Shown here: positions 47,768 to 60,438 of the stretch, one piece after another | Position numbering within the stretch: the stretch's first letter is position 1 | Layout of the letters: each line of letters starts with the position of its first letter | NCBI GenBank assembly: GCA_907165135.1 | Contig: OU015568.1 | Location: forward strand, 16,627,208 to 16,691,207 | DNA: 64,000 nucleotides | Origin: Oikopleura dioica | Taxonomy: Eukaryota > Animalia > Chordata | Direction of reading: 5' to 3' | The notes under the pieces: generated by a model | The model's input: the letters and a program-made list of their open reading frames with translations, nothing else | Told to the model about the DNA's origin: nothing | Database searches by the model: none | Made by a program: the position numbers and the translations under genes

Positions 47768-50700
47768 TTAAATACAGGAGAATATGTTTTGAATTTGAAA
47801 TGGCAGGAAGTCGCTTTTTCGAATAATCAAGCTTCGCGGCCGATGAGAAGCTCGATGGAAAATGTTTGCGGAAGGTTGTTTTCGTCTTCGTGAGGTTGGC
47901 CTTCTCGGAAACAGGGTCAGAAAGAGCCCTTTTATTTTCATAAAAAATGGATATTCAACATTTTCTGACCCATTCCTACGTAATCCTTTACTTTTCGTTT
48001 CCTCTGCCATTCTCTGGTCAAATACTTTCTTGTGAAGTTGTAAATTCCCTTTCCAAGAAGATACGTTGCTGCTCCGTAGAGAAACCTTCTTCCAGGCGAA
48101 ACTTGGGGGTAGACGATGTCCCCGACGATTCTAGCGCAGAAAGGCATCATCAAACCACCGATAAAGTAGCGCGAGGACTTGGCGCGAGGGGGATCGTATC
48201 TTTGAGTTGTGTTTTGGTACTCCGCGATCTAACGGAAATTATTAGTAGGTAGACATTATGGGCAAGTAACTAGCAGCTAGATATTTTTACTTTGAGCTCG
48301 GCAAACCGTGTAAAAGCCTGAGTCAGGGTCCTAAAAGAGCTTTAAAAAGAGCTCCTTCTGGACCCTAACTCAGGTTCTCTTTATCTTGATTGACATGAAA
48401 ATTGTTAGCGATATTTCTGAGTTCCCTTAATCCCCCTGGAAACTTCTATCTCGCTCTCAGGTACTTATATCCGCCGGTAAATTATATTAATTAAATATTT
48501 CAAAAACCCTCTGTAAGAAAATGGCCGCTTACCTTATTCAACAACGGCTCGTCCCAGTTAATTTTCCTCAGCGTCACGAGCGTCGCTGGTATGGCCCAAC
48601 TGATGAGCGTGTCTTTCAGCGACCTGACCATGTGTCTCCAAAGAAAGCTCGTCGTTCTACTTGAAAGGACGATGAGACTCTTTGGGATCTAGAAAGAGGG
48701 AATTATTACCTTTCGATTATCGATAGAATATTCGCCGAAACCGGGCTGCGCCAGAGTTGAAATAATTTTCCGAGTTTATGGGTGAACTAAGTCAGCTACG
48801 CTAAGGGGAACTTGAGCTGGCTCAAATTATTTTGAGCAAAGTTAGCTAGCTAAAACTGATCTGAGCTGAGCTGGCTCAAAGTGAGCTGAGTTGACTTAAA
48901 ATGACCTGAGCGGGCACAAACTTAAGTTAACTGGCTTAAAGTGAGCTGAGCTAGCTCAGAAAAAGCTAAGCTGGCTTAGCTGGCTTAGATTTTCCAGAAG
49001 AGCTTAACTAGTTCAAATAAAAATGAGCTGGCTCAATTCGATCTGCTTCATTAAAAATATTTAGTTTTTAACTGGCTCAGCTCAGCTCAAAAAAATTTCC
49101 AACTCTAGACTTGGCAATCCACTTACATGAAGAAACAACGAAATCGGGAAGAAACGAAGACTGACGGATCCAATCACCCGATCGAAGGTTTCAAAGTTCA
49201 TTCCGCTCATTTCGACGAGCATTTGTCGATACGGATCGAGAGTGTAGCAGTTGTCGGTGAAGATGCTGTCGATTTCGAACTCTTCGGCGACGATGCATTT
49301 GATCACGTTTCGGGAGTAGAACATCGTCGCCAGATTCATCGCCGCGATGACGCCGGTGCAGGTGACGACGAAAACGCCGTTGTTGATGTACTGGTCCAGT
49401 CGGGCGGCGCCGTAGAAGAGAGGGCTCATTTTTGGGAAAACGAAGCGGTACTTTTCTTGACACTGTGGACACTCCACTAAAAAGAAAGGGTTATTTTTTC
49501 TGCGTTTGAAGAATTCGACTAAATATTCGACTAATAATCTTTCTTCGCCCAAATTTTTACTATTAGAAAAAGAAACCTTCAAGATCAAGGCGATTCTTCT
49601 GTTTTTCCGCGACCCATCGTTTGACGCAATCTTGGTGCACAAAACCAACGGAGCCAGTGCATTTACAAGGGTGGACCCACTCGGCTCCAGGACTGTCTGG
49701 ATCGTCGCCCATAAAACAGACCCAGCATTCGCGCTCGTCCCCTTCTTCCTCTTCTTCTGGAAGCGGCTCGGTTCGAGGAGCGTAAACACCGGCTGGGATT
49801 CTTTGGACTGGATCGTCTTCCAGTTCTGGCATGTCGTAATCTTCTTCCTCGTCGAAAGAGGATTGCTCGTCGCGAAGTAGGGTCTCCGAACTCGATGAAT
49901 TTGAAAGTTCAGACTCGGATTCTGTCAAATGTCCATTTTCTTCTTCACTCTCTTCTTCCTCTTCGTCTTCTTCGAAACGAACTACAGGGGCGAAACCAGA
50001 AGTTAGGCTTTCTTCGTTGTCGTTTTCAGAATTTTGAGAGGCCATTCTACAAAGTAGCTGTTAGGGATAAGAAAATTGTTTCTCATTTATGAAAAAATCA
50101 GCTTTTTTGGTAAAATAATCTCTGAAACGGAATTGTGGGAAATGGCGAGGGTTTGAAATTCTGGAAAATGACAGAATTTCTTGGGAAGAAAGCCAGCTTC
50201 TGGAATTGTTTGACTTTTCTTGGGAACTATTCTGAGAAAAGTGGGGCAAATTTGACGCGAGAAAGTTAAATTGAACCCAAATGACGAAACTTTCCTCAAA
50301 AGATAGGATTCGTGAGATTTCTTGAAAAATCTAGAATCAACTAGAAACGGTTCGACAAAGGGTTTCCGCTATTGTCTTTTTCAGGGTCAAAGGTTGTCTT
50401 TGAGTCAAAAGTTGACCTTTGACCAGAAAAAGACGAACTTGAACCCTTTTCGGACCGTTCTTAATTACTTCTAGATTTTTCAAGAAATCTTACGAATCTT
50501 TTCTTTTGGAAAAAAAATCGTGATTGTGGTGATTCAATCATTCTAGAATCTAAAATTATCAAAAAACGGTTCAAGGTTGTCTTTTTCGAGGTCAAAGGTC
50601 AATTTTCGTGACGTAGACATCTTTGACCTCGAAAAAGACCATCTTGAACCCTTTTCTAGTAAATCGCTGACTCTAGAGTTGAAATTAATCTGCACCTGCT

Positions 50701-50817
50701 AATATTCAATTCTAGCGTTTCCAACTGATCGTCCTCGTCCGACGAAAACTGCTCGACAACGTTGTTACATTCTTGATGAATTATCGAGTTCGAAAACCGG
50801 TTATTTTCTGAGTCCAT
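47768..50817 (-). CDS. MARCHF5: RING-CH E3 ubiquitin ligase, MARCHF5/MITOL-like
   Basis: ECWVCF...EWVHPCKCTGSVGFVHQDCVKRWVAEKQK...VECPQCQEKYRFVFPKM followed by TM segments. An inferred acidic first exon starts at the ATG at 50817. Confidence 0.85.
48790..49090. repeat. AGCT-pentamer-rich intronic satellite
   Basis: Dense TGAGC/TGGCT/TAGCT units, e.g. CTGAGCTGAGCTGGCTCAAAGTGAGCTGAG. Confidence 0.75.
50307..50498. mobile_element. Palindromic MITE in MARCHF5 intron 1, with a partial second copy at about 50540-50660
   Basis: GATTCGTGAGATTTCTTGAAAAATCTAGAA pairs with TTCTAGATTTTTCAAGAAATCTTACGAATC. Confidence 0.65.
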
Positions 50818-51028
50818 TTTTTCGCCCTCTCGGTCGACGAGAACTTCGAACTTCGAGAAAAAATTACGCTAAATCGGGCTTGACCAATCGCCGCCGGCCA
50901 CTGAGCTGCGTCAAGGGCCACGTCATGCTTCAATGGATCGCGGATTTTTTTATTCGGAAATCAGAAGAGAGAAAATTCAGAAGAAAAAGAGAAAAGAATT
51001 TATTGAGAAGAAAAGAATTAGTTGAAAA
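50818..51028. promoter_or_regulatory. Putative bidirectional promoter between MARCHF5 and UBE2J1
   Basis: 211 bp between divergent ATGs, with CCAAT at 50884 and CRE-like TGCGTCA (50907) and CACGTCA (50919). Confidence 0.5.
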
Positions 51029-52588
51029 ATGGCAGCGGCGAGATATAATTCAAGATCTCCGGTAATTTTAAAAAAAGATAAATTTTAATAAAGAAAAAAA
51101 AATAATAGTTCAAGAAAATGATTTTCAATAAAATTTGGGGTCCCCATTTAATGGAAAAATAATCTTAGCATGTCCGAATTTTAACGTATTTTAGAGGCTT
51201 GTTATTCCTATAATACGTTAAATTGGGGACATCTTTGATAAAAAATTTCCGTTAAAATAGGTACCCGCTTTTAGATTTCATTGAAGTCAACTGAAATCCA
51301 AAAGCGGATACCCCTTCCCGGGAAATTTTCATTAAATATGTCCCCAATTTAATGTATTTTAGAATGAACAAGCATCTGAAATCCGTTAAAATGGGGACAT
51401 CATAAATGAATTCGTTAAAATGTTGGCCCAACATTGTTGGGTATCCCATGTTTTATTTTTATGATAAAATTCAACGATTTTTAGGCAGTTAAAAGATTGC
51501 TCCGAGAAGCCGCAGAACTGCACGAACCCACCTACAATTACTACGCCCAGCCTTTGGAGGAGAATTTATTCGAGTGGCATTTTACAATCCGCGGTCCGGA
51601 AGATACTGTCTTTGAAAACGGTACTATCCATTTTTCTGATCGATTTTCAAAATTTAATTTTGCAGGCATTTATCACGGGCGAATCGTGCTCCCGCCAGAG
51701 TATCCAATGAAGCCGCCAAATGTGATTTTTATGACTCCGAATGGCCGCTTTGAGCTGCACAAAAAGATTTGTCTCTCGATCAGCGGCTATCACCCCGAAA
51801 CTTGGCGACCCAGCTGGTCCATTCGCACGGCGCTTTTGGCCATGATAGGGTTTATGCCGACTCATGGAAATGGCGCTATTGGAAGTTTAGGTAAATGAAA
51901 CTAAAAATTTTAAATTAAATTTCTTCTGAAGGTTTATTTTTCAATTTTGTGTTTTCAGATTATACAGATCAAGAAAGAAGCGTTTTGACGAAACGCTCCG
52001 TCGATTTCAAATGCAAAACTTGTGGTGCAACAAAAGATCTTCTCCTCGACAAATCAGACGATCAAGGCGAAGAGCAGGAGGAAATCAAAAAGTATTCGAG
52101 CCAGTTGACTACCAGCAAGCCCAGCGGGAATGACTCGTCCGAACAAGCTACTGGTAAGATTCTCCAGGTGAAAGTCGAGAAGAGAAATTCTCTTGCGATT
52201 TTCCCTGACATTATCCTGACATTCGCGATAATCCTTCGCCTCTCTTCGCTGGGATTCATTTATCCTCTTTTCAGATAAAAATGACAACGAGACTGCTGCT
52301 AGCCCAGATGAAGAGTCATCCGAAGCTCTTCCGGTAGCTACCCCTGAAGAAACAAATCCGCTTGCCGATGGAAAAATTGAGGAAAACGCCGAAGAAGACG
52401 TAGAAGTTGTGGAAGAGGATGTAGTGGAAATTTCTCGCCCGCGTCGTGAAAATGATTTTGCCTCATTCTTCCTGATGTGGTTTTTGATTCTAGCCATTTC
52501 TTTCATAATCTACCGCCGACTGAACAAGTCCTACGGCATCGATCTCGTCCAACTCGCTGATCAGTACCTTACTTCCTTGATGCCCTAA
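51029..52588 (+). CDS. UBE2J1: Ubiquitin-conjugating enzyme E2 J1 (tail-anchored)
   Basis: MAAARYNSRSP|AVKRLLREAAEL...PLEENLFEWHFTIRGP...KICLSISGYHPETWRPSWSIRTAL, with a C-terminal TM segment. Confidence 0.92.
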
Positions 52589-52829
52589 TCTGTATCGAAA
52601 AATATCGAAAATATTCAAGAAACAATTCTCAATTCCTCCCAATTCGTGCCTTTTCGTTTTATCCTTCCTGTACATCGGATAATTTTAAAAATGCTCTTCC
52701 CAACTTTTCTGTGACGTTTTCTCAACGATGTTAAATCTATATTTTAAAACTTTATCTACAATAAACCTTCAAAACTTCAAAATTACCAAGTGTATCAAAT
52801 CCATTTTCTTCAGAACAAAGAAAAAAAGG

Positions 52830-53377
52830 ATGAACATGAATCTCGCCCTGGACGATTTAGAAAAAGACATCGCACTACTCCAAGGGCTCATTTTAAGAGA
52901 CACGCCGAAGCAGCAAAAACAACAAAAACCTCAACCGAAAAAGACCTTTCCCCAGGTTGAAAACATAGAAGACAACCTCGCCATTGCTATCAAACAAGCC
53001 GAAGTGGACAAAATCGAGCTGGAAATCCTCCGAAACGAGCTTGAGCAACAAGAACTGCTGGAAACTGCGAATTCCAGACATGATCGACTCGTCCAGAGCA
53101 TGATGAATCAAGTTCAGCATCTCGACGAAGATTTCGTCCTAGACATTCTCAAACTCTTAGGTTCCTCTTTCTCTTTTCTTCATTCCGATAATCCCTTTCA
53201 GAAAAACCTCTTTCACACGGAGCCCAAACCCGCATCACCAAAAAGCTTCAAGAAATCGCCCGCGAAGAGATTGAAAACCAAATGAAACAAGCCCTTGAAA
53301 ATTCTGACACGTCTGAAAGCGACGCTGATCTCCTTGAGGAAGATCGGGAGGATGTCGCTGATCTCCCTGAGTTCTGA
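52830..53377 (+). CDS. Small orphan coiled-coil protein
   Basis: Two-exon ORF with heptad-like helical composition and an acidic tail. No family recognised. Confidence 0.55.
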
Positions 53378-53503
53378 TTCGCGCCTCATTCTTTTTACAT
53401 TATTCTTTTCTCTGCCTTTTCTTGCAACTCTTTATTTTCTCAAGATCAAAATGTAGTTTTATTTTTTATGCTCGTTTTTGAATCAATGAACTTTTAGAAT
53501 TGA

Positions 53504-54762
53504 ATGGGAGAAAAAGTAGAGTATCTATGCGTCATCTGCGATGATCTAGTTCCCCTCCCGGACTACTTGACCCACACCAAATCTCATCCAAAATGCGCCT
53601 CTTGTTCGCTTCGATTGTGCCCAAATATGGACAGTTGCGCAGTCGAAGAACCCGCCAGCAAGAAGTTCAGAGGCAACCATGAGAAGATTCTAATGTGTCC
53701 GTTTCCCGACTGCTCTTCTCGCTTCGCCCTACCGAATAAATTCCAACGTCATCATTCGACCAAGCATTCAACAGAAGCTGCTGATAAGAAAACGCTCTCA
53801 TGCAGCGAGGAAAACTGCCCGTTCACCACGATTCACAGGGAAAGTCTAACTAGACATATGCGCGAGCAGCACCGTTCGAAAAAGACACCGTTACTTTCTT
53901 GCGACAAATGCGACTATAAAACCCAGAGAAAAAGCAACATGGAAAGACACAAATCGGCGTATCACAAAGCTGAAGAGGGCGAGGGTAGCAGCAGTTTCAT
54001 TTGCGACATGTGCGGGAAGAATTTCAAGTCGACCGCGACGCTCAATAATCATAATCTGAACTCGTGCAAGTTCAGAGTTGTTCCACCTGGAGAAACGCCG
54101 TTTTCTTGCGACTTTAAACTTGCGGATGGAAAAACCTGCGGGAAAGTTGTCTCGTGCCCTCAGGTGCGTGTGTGCCCAAAAATGTTATTCGTCAATTTCA
54201 ATTTCATTTGTTTACTTTTTAGTCCCTGGCGAAGCACAAGGAGCGCCACAAATCATTCAAATACCGCTGTAATTTCTACGCCCATTGCTTCAGAACCGAC
54301 GACAAAGAAAAAGTGCAGCGGCACAACAAGAAGCACATCGAAACTTGGGCGAAAGAGCCGCTCAAGTGCACCAACAAAGACTGCCCTTTTGGCGCGTCTT
54401 CGGCGCAGTCAATCGCCAACCACAAGAAAATTTGCGACAAGCGGCAGATTCCGGATCGGCAATCTGTCATTGTCCTCAACGACCGATTTCAGAAAGAAGA
54501 AATCATCCACCCAAGCGTCATTATTCGAAGAAAGGAGTACGTGCCCGATTATTTGTCAGTTCAAAACTTTGACGATCACTTTTCCGACTTCAACGCTCCC
54601 GGGTAAGTCTAAAAACCACCATCCATTTCTAACCCCTCCTTCAGTTTATTTGACCCACCTCCTGAGCGAGTGGAGCATGTCAACGTCATCGTCGAACCAC
54701 CAACTGTGCAAGATACTTTTTCCAACCCTTCTGTTATTGTTTTCCACAATAGAAATTTCTGA
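53504..54762 (+). CDS. Multi-C2H2 zinc-finger protein
   Basis: At least 7 fingers (e.g. CPFPDCSSRFALPNKFQRHHSTKH, CDKCDYKTQRKSNMERHKSAYH). Introns at about 54163-54221 and 54603-54645. Confidence 0.85.
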
Positions 54763-54851
54763 TATTTTCCCCGCTTCAACTTTCTTTGATTGACGCTTAA
54801 TTTTTCAGTCGTTTGCATAGTAATCGGTGCGTACTCGTGATTGATCTAAAG

Positions 54852-57800
54852 ATGGCTTCTGCAACAAAGGTATTCATTCATTGAATCGAGATGATTCAGT
54901 AAATGATGAATTTCTTGCCCAAATTATTGATTTCAAGGTTGGTGGACGCGCTGTCGTCAAGGCTGTTACCTCTGGTGACCATATCATCGTCCGTGGTCAG
55001 CCAAAGAACGGCCCTCCAGCTGAGAAAACCATCATCTTCTCCAACATCGACGCTGGCAAGCTTGCCAAGAGAGGCAACGATGCCATCCCAGCATCTGGAG
55101 ACGGCGAGTACGCTTGGACCGCGCGAGAGACCCTCCGAAAGAAGATCATCGGCAAAGAGGTCTATTTCAAGGTCCAGGACATGGCCGATAGGAACGTGTC
55201 CTATGGCGTCGTTTACCTCGGCGCTGACGATTCTGGCGAGAACTTGACAGAGTGGAGCATCGCTTCCGGAAACTGCAAGCTTCGCGAAAACGTCAAGAAG
55301 CAAGTCGAGCAACATGCTGCTCGACAAGCTCAAGCCGAAGCCAAGGATGGAGAAAGCCAGGCGAACATCGACAACGATCCGCGAACGAAGGAAATTGCTG
55401 AGCTTCAGAAACTCCTCGATCTTCAAGAAAAAGCCGAGCAAGAAGGTCTTGGACGATGGGCGACTGACCGACCTTCTCCTCGACAAAACATCGTATTTGC
55501 TGTCACCGATGCGGACGTTTTCTTGGCGAATAATCTCAAAAAGAAGCTCCCGGCCATCCTCGAGCATGTTTTCAACGCTTCGATGATGCGAATCTGTCTT
55601 CCCACGTTGAACACTTATATCACCCTTTCTTTGACAGGTATCCGAGCTCCTGGCGAGCGAGGACCCAATGGAAAGGAAGAATACTTCGATATCTCCAAGT
55701 TTTTCGTTGAATCGCGCCTTCTGAACAAGGACATTAGCATCACTATTGAAGGCGTCGCCCCCAACATGGGCAATACCCAGAAAGAGCCCCTCTTTGTCGG
55801 TACCGTCCATCACCCCGCTGGAAACATCGCCGAGGCTCTTCTCAAGGAAGGATACGCCAAGTGCGTCGACTGGTCAATGGGCATGCTCAGCAGCGACCCA
55901 GCCAAGTATCGAAACGCTGAAAAAGCCGCCAAACTCGCCAACAAGAGAATCTGGAAGAACTTCATTGCTCCAGACGCCAACATTCCCGAGAGCGAGCGAT
56001 CCTTCAGCGGAAAAGTCATCAAGATCGAGAACACTGATTCGATTACTGTCGACGCTGCTGGAACTCACAAGACGATCTTCTTCGCTTCCGTTCGACCTGT
56101 TCGAGCGACCGATCTCCAGGAAGATGTCAGGCGCAAGTTCGACAAGATGAGTATCGAAAAAAACTGCTCCAAAGGGACGAGGTCTGCCCTACCTCTACAC
56201 CGTTCCCTACATGTTCGAAGCCAGAGAGTTCCTTCGAAAGAAACTCGTCAACAAAAAGGTCGACGTCGTCATCGATTACATCCGACCACGATCGGAAGAA
56301 GCCGGCCAGGTCTACCCCGAGCGAACCTGCTGCACCGTCCGATTCCAAGGTCAAAACGTAGCAGAAGGCCTTGTCGCCAAAGGATACGCCATGCCTATCC
56401 GACATCGTCACGACGACAACAACCGATCCTCCGAGTACGACGCTCTCCGAGATGCCGAATCCAAGGCCGAAAAAGCCGGCAAGGGTTGCTTCTCCAAGAG
56501 CGTGCCCGAGCCAATGAAGGTGTCTGACGTCTCCCAGGAGCAGCACAAGGCGCGATCGTTCTTTACCTTCCTCAAGGGAAAGAAAAACGATGCTATCGTC
56601 GACCATGTCTTCAGTGGATCTCGACTGAAACTCTTCGTCCCTAAAGGTAAAATTACTCGTCCATTCATACTCTGTTCCAGTGGAAAAGTTTTGTTAACAC
56701 GTGCCAGACTAAAAACGACTTGAAAATATTTGAAAATCTATAGAATTCTCTGCTGTAATGATTCATGGCCACGTTTTAGACAAGAAAAAACGTCCAGTGA
56801 CTTTTGATTTCCACTTTAATGTCTGACACTTTACCCGTAGCTAAATTTATCTTCAGAAACTTGTCTCCTCACCTTCCTCATCGGTGGTATTCAATGCCCA
56901 CGAGGTGCGCGGCCAGTCGGAAATGGAGTCATCGAGCCAGCTGAGCCATACGGCGAGGAAGCCCTTGCTTTCACCAAGTCTCTTCTGACTCAGCGAGACG
57001 TCACCATTGAAGTCGATACCATGGACAAGGTGATTTAGCATTGATAAGCATCAGACCATTTCCCATATTTAGGTCGGTGGCTTCGTCGGATATCTCTTCG
57101 TCGACCGAGTCAATGTGTCTATCAAATTGGTCGAGCAGGGTCTCTCGAAGGTCCACTACTCTGGCCAGCAGGGCAAGTACGCCAATGAACTTCTCGCCGC
57201 TCAGGAACGAGCTCAGTCTGCCAAACTCGGCCTCTGGAAGGACTGGACTCCTCCAGTTGAGGAAGTTGCGCCAGGTACCAAAAGTTTTTTTGCGAATGCT
57301 TGCTCATGATTTCTTTAAAAGTTGAAACCGAAAGCAAAGCCATCTCCCGCGCCGTCGACCCGAAAGAAATCGTCATTACAGAAGTGACGGCGAACCTTTG
57401 CTTCTATGGCCAAATGGTCTCCGAGCAGGAGAAACTTTCAAAACTCACTGACGAAATGCGTGCTTACTTTACGGAAACTCCTCCCACCGCTGGAGCTTAC
57501 AAAGGTATTCTTTATAGTTTCCATACATTTCGCTGACGCTAGCGATTTTTAGCGAAGAGAAATGACGTCTGCGGAGCGATCTTTGCCGAGGATGGACTTT
57601 GGTATCGAGGAAAAGTTGAGAAAATCAGCCGGGATGGCTCCGAAATGGCGACGATTACGTTCATTGATTACGGTAACCGAGCTCTTGTTCATGTGACCAA
57701 GCTTGCATCGCTCCCTGCGCAGTTTTCCACCGCTGTTCTTCCTGCCCAGGCGAACGAGTACCAGCTTGCTTTGGTCAAGCCGCCATCTGATGAGGTAGAC

Positions 57801-58207
57801 CTTTCTTTTGGTAGAAAATCGAGTAAAACTCGCTCTTTTAGGACTCTTGCTCGATCGCTCTCAACGAATTCATCTCAATGCTCGAGTCTCCCGAACAATT
57901 CTCGATCAACGACGAGAACCTCCGAGAAGGATCCACTTCCCAGGTTTGAAAACCAACTGAAATCAACGAAGAGAACCTTCCAATTTAGGTGACTCTTCTC
58001 AAAAAGGGAGAAGACATCGGCGAGATGCTCCTTTCTCAAGGCTTCTGCACGACTGTCAAGAAATCGCCAGCCCATTTGACCGAGTTGCACAAGAAATATC
58101 TCGAGAGCCAGGAGAGCGCTAGAAAGAACCGCCTCAATCTCTGGCGATACGGAGATATCACCGAGGACGACGATACTGAGTTCGGCATGCGATCTGAGAA
58201 GAAATAA
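54852..58207 (+). CDS. SND1: Staphylococcal nuclease and Tudor domain protein (Tudor-SN)
   Basis: VKAVTSGDHIIVRGQPKNGPP, YMFEAREFLRKKLVNKKV, Tudor WYRGKVEK...FIDYGN, and NRLNLWRYGDITEDDDTEFG. Confidence 0.95.
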
Positions 58208-58663
58208 ATTGCCCAGCTGTTTTAGTTTCAGTCAAGCCCACAAAGTTACAGTCTTACTCCCGAAAAACAGGGGGAAAGAATCTAGATATAATTAACAAAC
58301 CTTATAAAATTTACAATTTCATGATTTCTTTAATATTTTCTTTATTTACTTATTTACTATTATTTGAAATCTGTTTCGCATTTATTCGCGAAGCAAGAGT
58401 TAGTTTCTAGTACCATTTTTCTGTTCAACAACCTGATCACTCTCCTGTCAAAAAACCCAGTCAAACGATACTTTCAAGTCTTATCTTATTGAGAAAAATA
58501 CGTGCCTAAGCTCCACTTTAGTTACACTTCAAGCAACTGCATGTTCGATCACTTTCATTTTAAGTTTTTATTTATTTCCACCACGAGCTGACCCTCCCAA
58601 ACAACAAAACAATAATCCCAACTTACCATTTAATTTAACTCAATTACTGTAGTCGCTTCTGTT

Positions 58664-58776
58664 CTGGGCTCAGCAACCTGTGTATAAAACCTGAGTCAGG
58701 GCCTGAAATCTGGAATGGAAACTTTGTAGATTTTCAAGATCCTGACTCAGGTTTTCTGCACAGGTTGACTTGCTCA
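58664..58776. mobile_element. hAT-like MITE, short copy
   Basis: CTGGGCTCAGCAACCTGTGTATAAAACCTGAGTCAGG...CCTGACTCAGGTTTTCTGCACAGGTTG. Confidence 0.7.
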
Positions 58777-59075
58777 TTATTACTTATTACAGTAAAAGAG
58801 TGTATTTTGTTCACGTCCCAATATTTCAAATATTCGTTCAGTTTCACTATTTCTTTACAACTTTCTTGCTTCCCATGAAAATACAGAGTGCAATCTAATT
58901 ATTTCAAAATCTACATACAATAATAAAAAACGTACAAATGAAATGACACACAAAAAATCATCGTTGTCTTCAGACTCAAAAATGCTGAGGACCACTTTGA
59001 TTAGGGCGAATAAACACTCTCCTTTGGCAGGTCTCAATCCAGGTTAGGGTTACAATTCTATCGCGATTTTTGTCT

Positions 59076-59316
59076 CTGACTGACTAAGTTTTTAGTCTTC
59101 TTTTAATTAGTCAAATTACTTTTAGTCAAAAACTCTTTGTCGCGAATACTCGAGAAACCGCTTGCGGCTTCGAGGTTGAAAAAGCCGCGCTTCGCGCGGC
59201 TATAATATCAAATCTCGAAGCTGCAAGGGGCTTCTCGAGTATTGACGACAAACAGTTTTTGACTAAAGATAATTTGACTAATAAAAGAAAAGTAGACTAA
59301 AAATTTAGTCAGTCAG
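59076..59316. repeat. 240-bp palindromic MITE-like element
   Basis: CTGACTGACTAA...TTAGTCAGTCAG arms with central AAGCCGCGCTTCGCGCGGCT. Confidence 0.7.
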
Positions 59317-59399
59317 GAAGAAGAATCCGGGAAATTACTGATTAGTAATCAGTGATTACTAGCAGAATTCTGGCCTAAATTGTCGGTAAACCCTTCGCA

Positions 59400-59854
59400 T
59401 TTGCCTCCTAAAATGTTCATCAACCTTTGAACAAGAAAAATCAATTGGTAACCATTTCAAAGTCGCAAACAAAAAGGACCAGTTGGAGATCAGTTCCCTC
59501 ACAAAACGCCGAGAAGTAACAGACCTCAAAGCTCTTCCTAAATACATGCAGAAACGCGCAGAAAAGTACGGCTGGAACACGCCAGATCGGATCGCTCCCA
59601 ATGTCGGGCCTCTTGTTCCTGGACTACCGGTTTATCAAAGCACGAGAAAACAGAGGAGCTTGGAGTTTATTGGATGGATTTTGATTTTTTACGGAATTTA
59701 CGAATTGGGAGAAATTATGAAGGATTTCGCGGCGAAGGTTCCGACGAAAAGGGAAAAACAGGATTTGGAGAGATATCAGAAAGCGAGAGATCTTCTCATG
59801 TCGAAAGATTTGAAGGAATCCGAAAAGGAAAAGTTGATGAAAATGAAAGAATGA
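59400..59854 (+). CDS. Small orphan single-TM protein, 5' end unresolved
   Basis: ORF with one TM (LEFIGWILIFYGIY) and a charged helical C-terminus. No family recognised. Confidence 0.55.
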
Positions 59855-60438
59855 AGAAAATGACGACTTCTGATTTTGAGAATCTCCGATTGAAAATGTA
59901 AGAAAAGTCAATTTTGTTTCAACTTTTGAAAGCAAAGCTTATCGCTGGAAAACTTCGAGATGCCGATTTTATACAATATCATGGCCAACGACGGCATCGA
60001 ATTTTACGTCGTCTTACTGTACATTCTCGGCGGCTTTTCACTCGCTTTACGTGTTATTTATTTATCCTTCCGCGCCTAAGCCTCTTTATCAATTTTGTAA
60101 ATTATCAATAAATTCCAAAAGTTCATCAAAAATCGACCTTGATTGTTGAATCAAACGCGCTTCAGCTCAAGAGAATTTACGATCAGCGCGCTCGCGATTG
60201 GCCAGCGCTGCGAATTAGCGTGGGCGCTCGCGTGATCCGCCAGTCTTCGGCCGCGCTCATTCCTATTCTCCGAAAAACTCTAATTTTTTACTGAATCCAG
60301 AGATTTTACGCAAAAACTGAAAAAGCTTGAGATCTTCATGAAGAATCCTTTCCTTTCTAATCTTAGTTCCTGCGCTTTTGAAAATTTTTCCTGAAAGAGA
60401 CTAAAAACGCTTGAATTCAGAAACCGGATCATCAAAAA

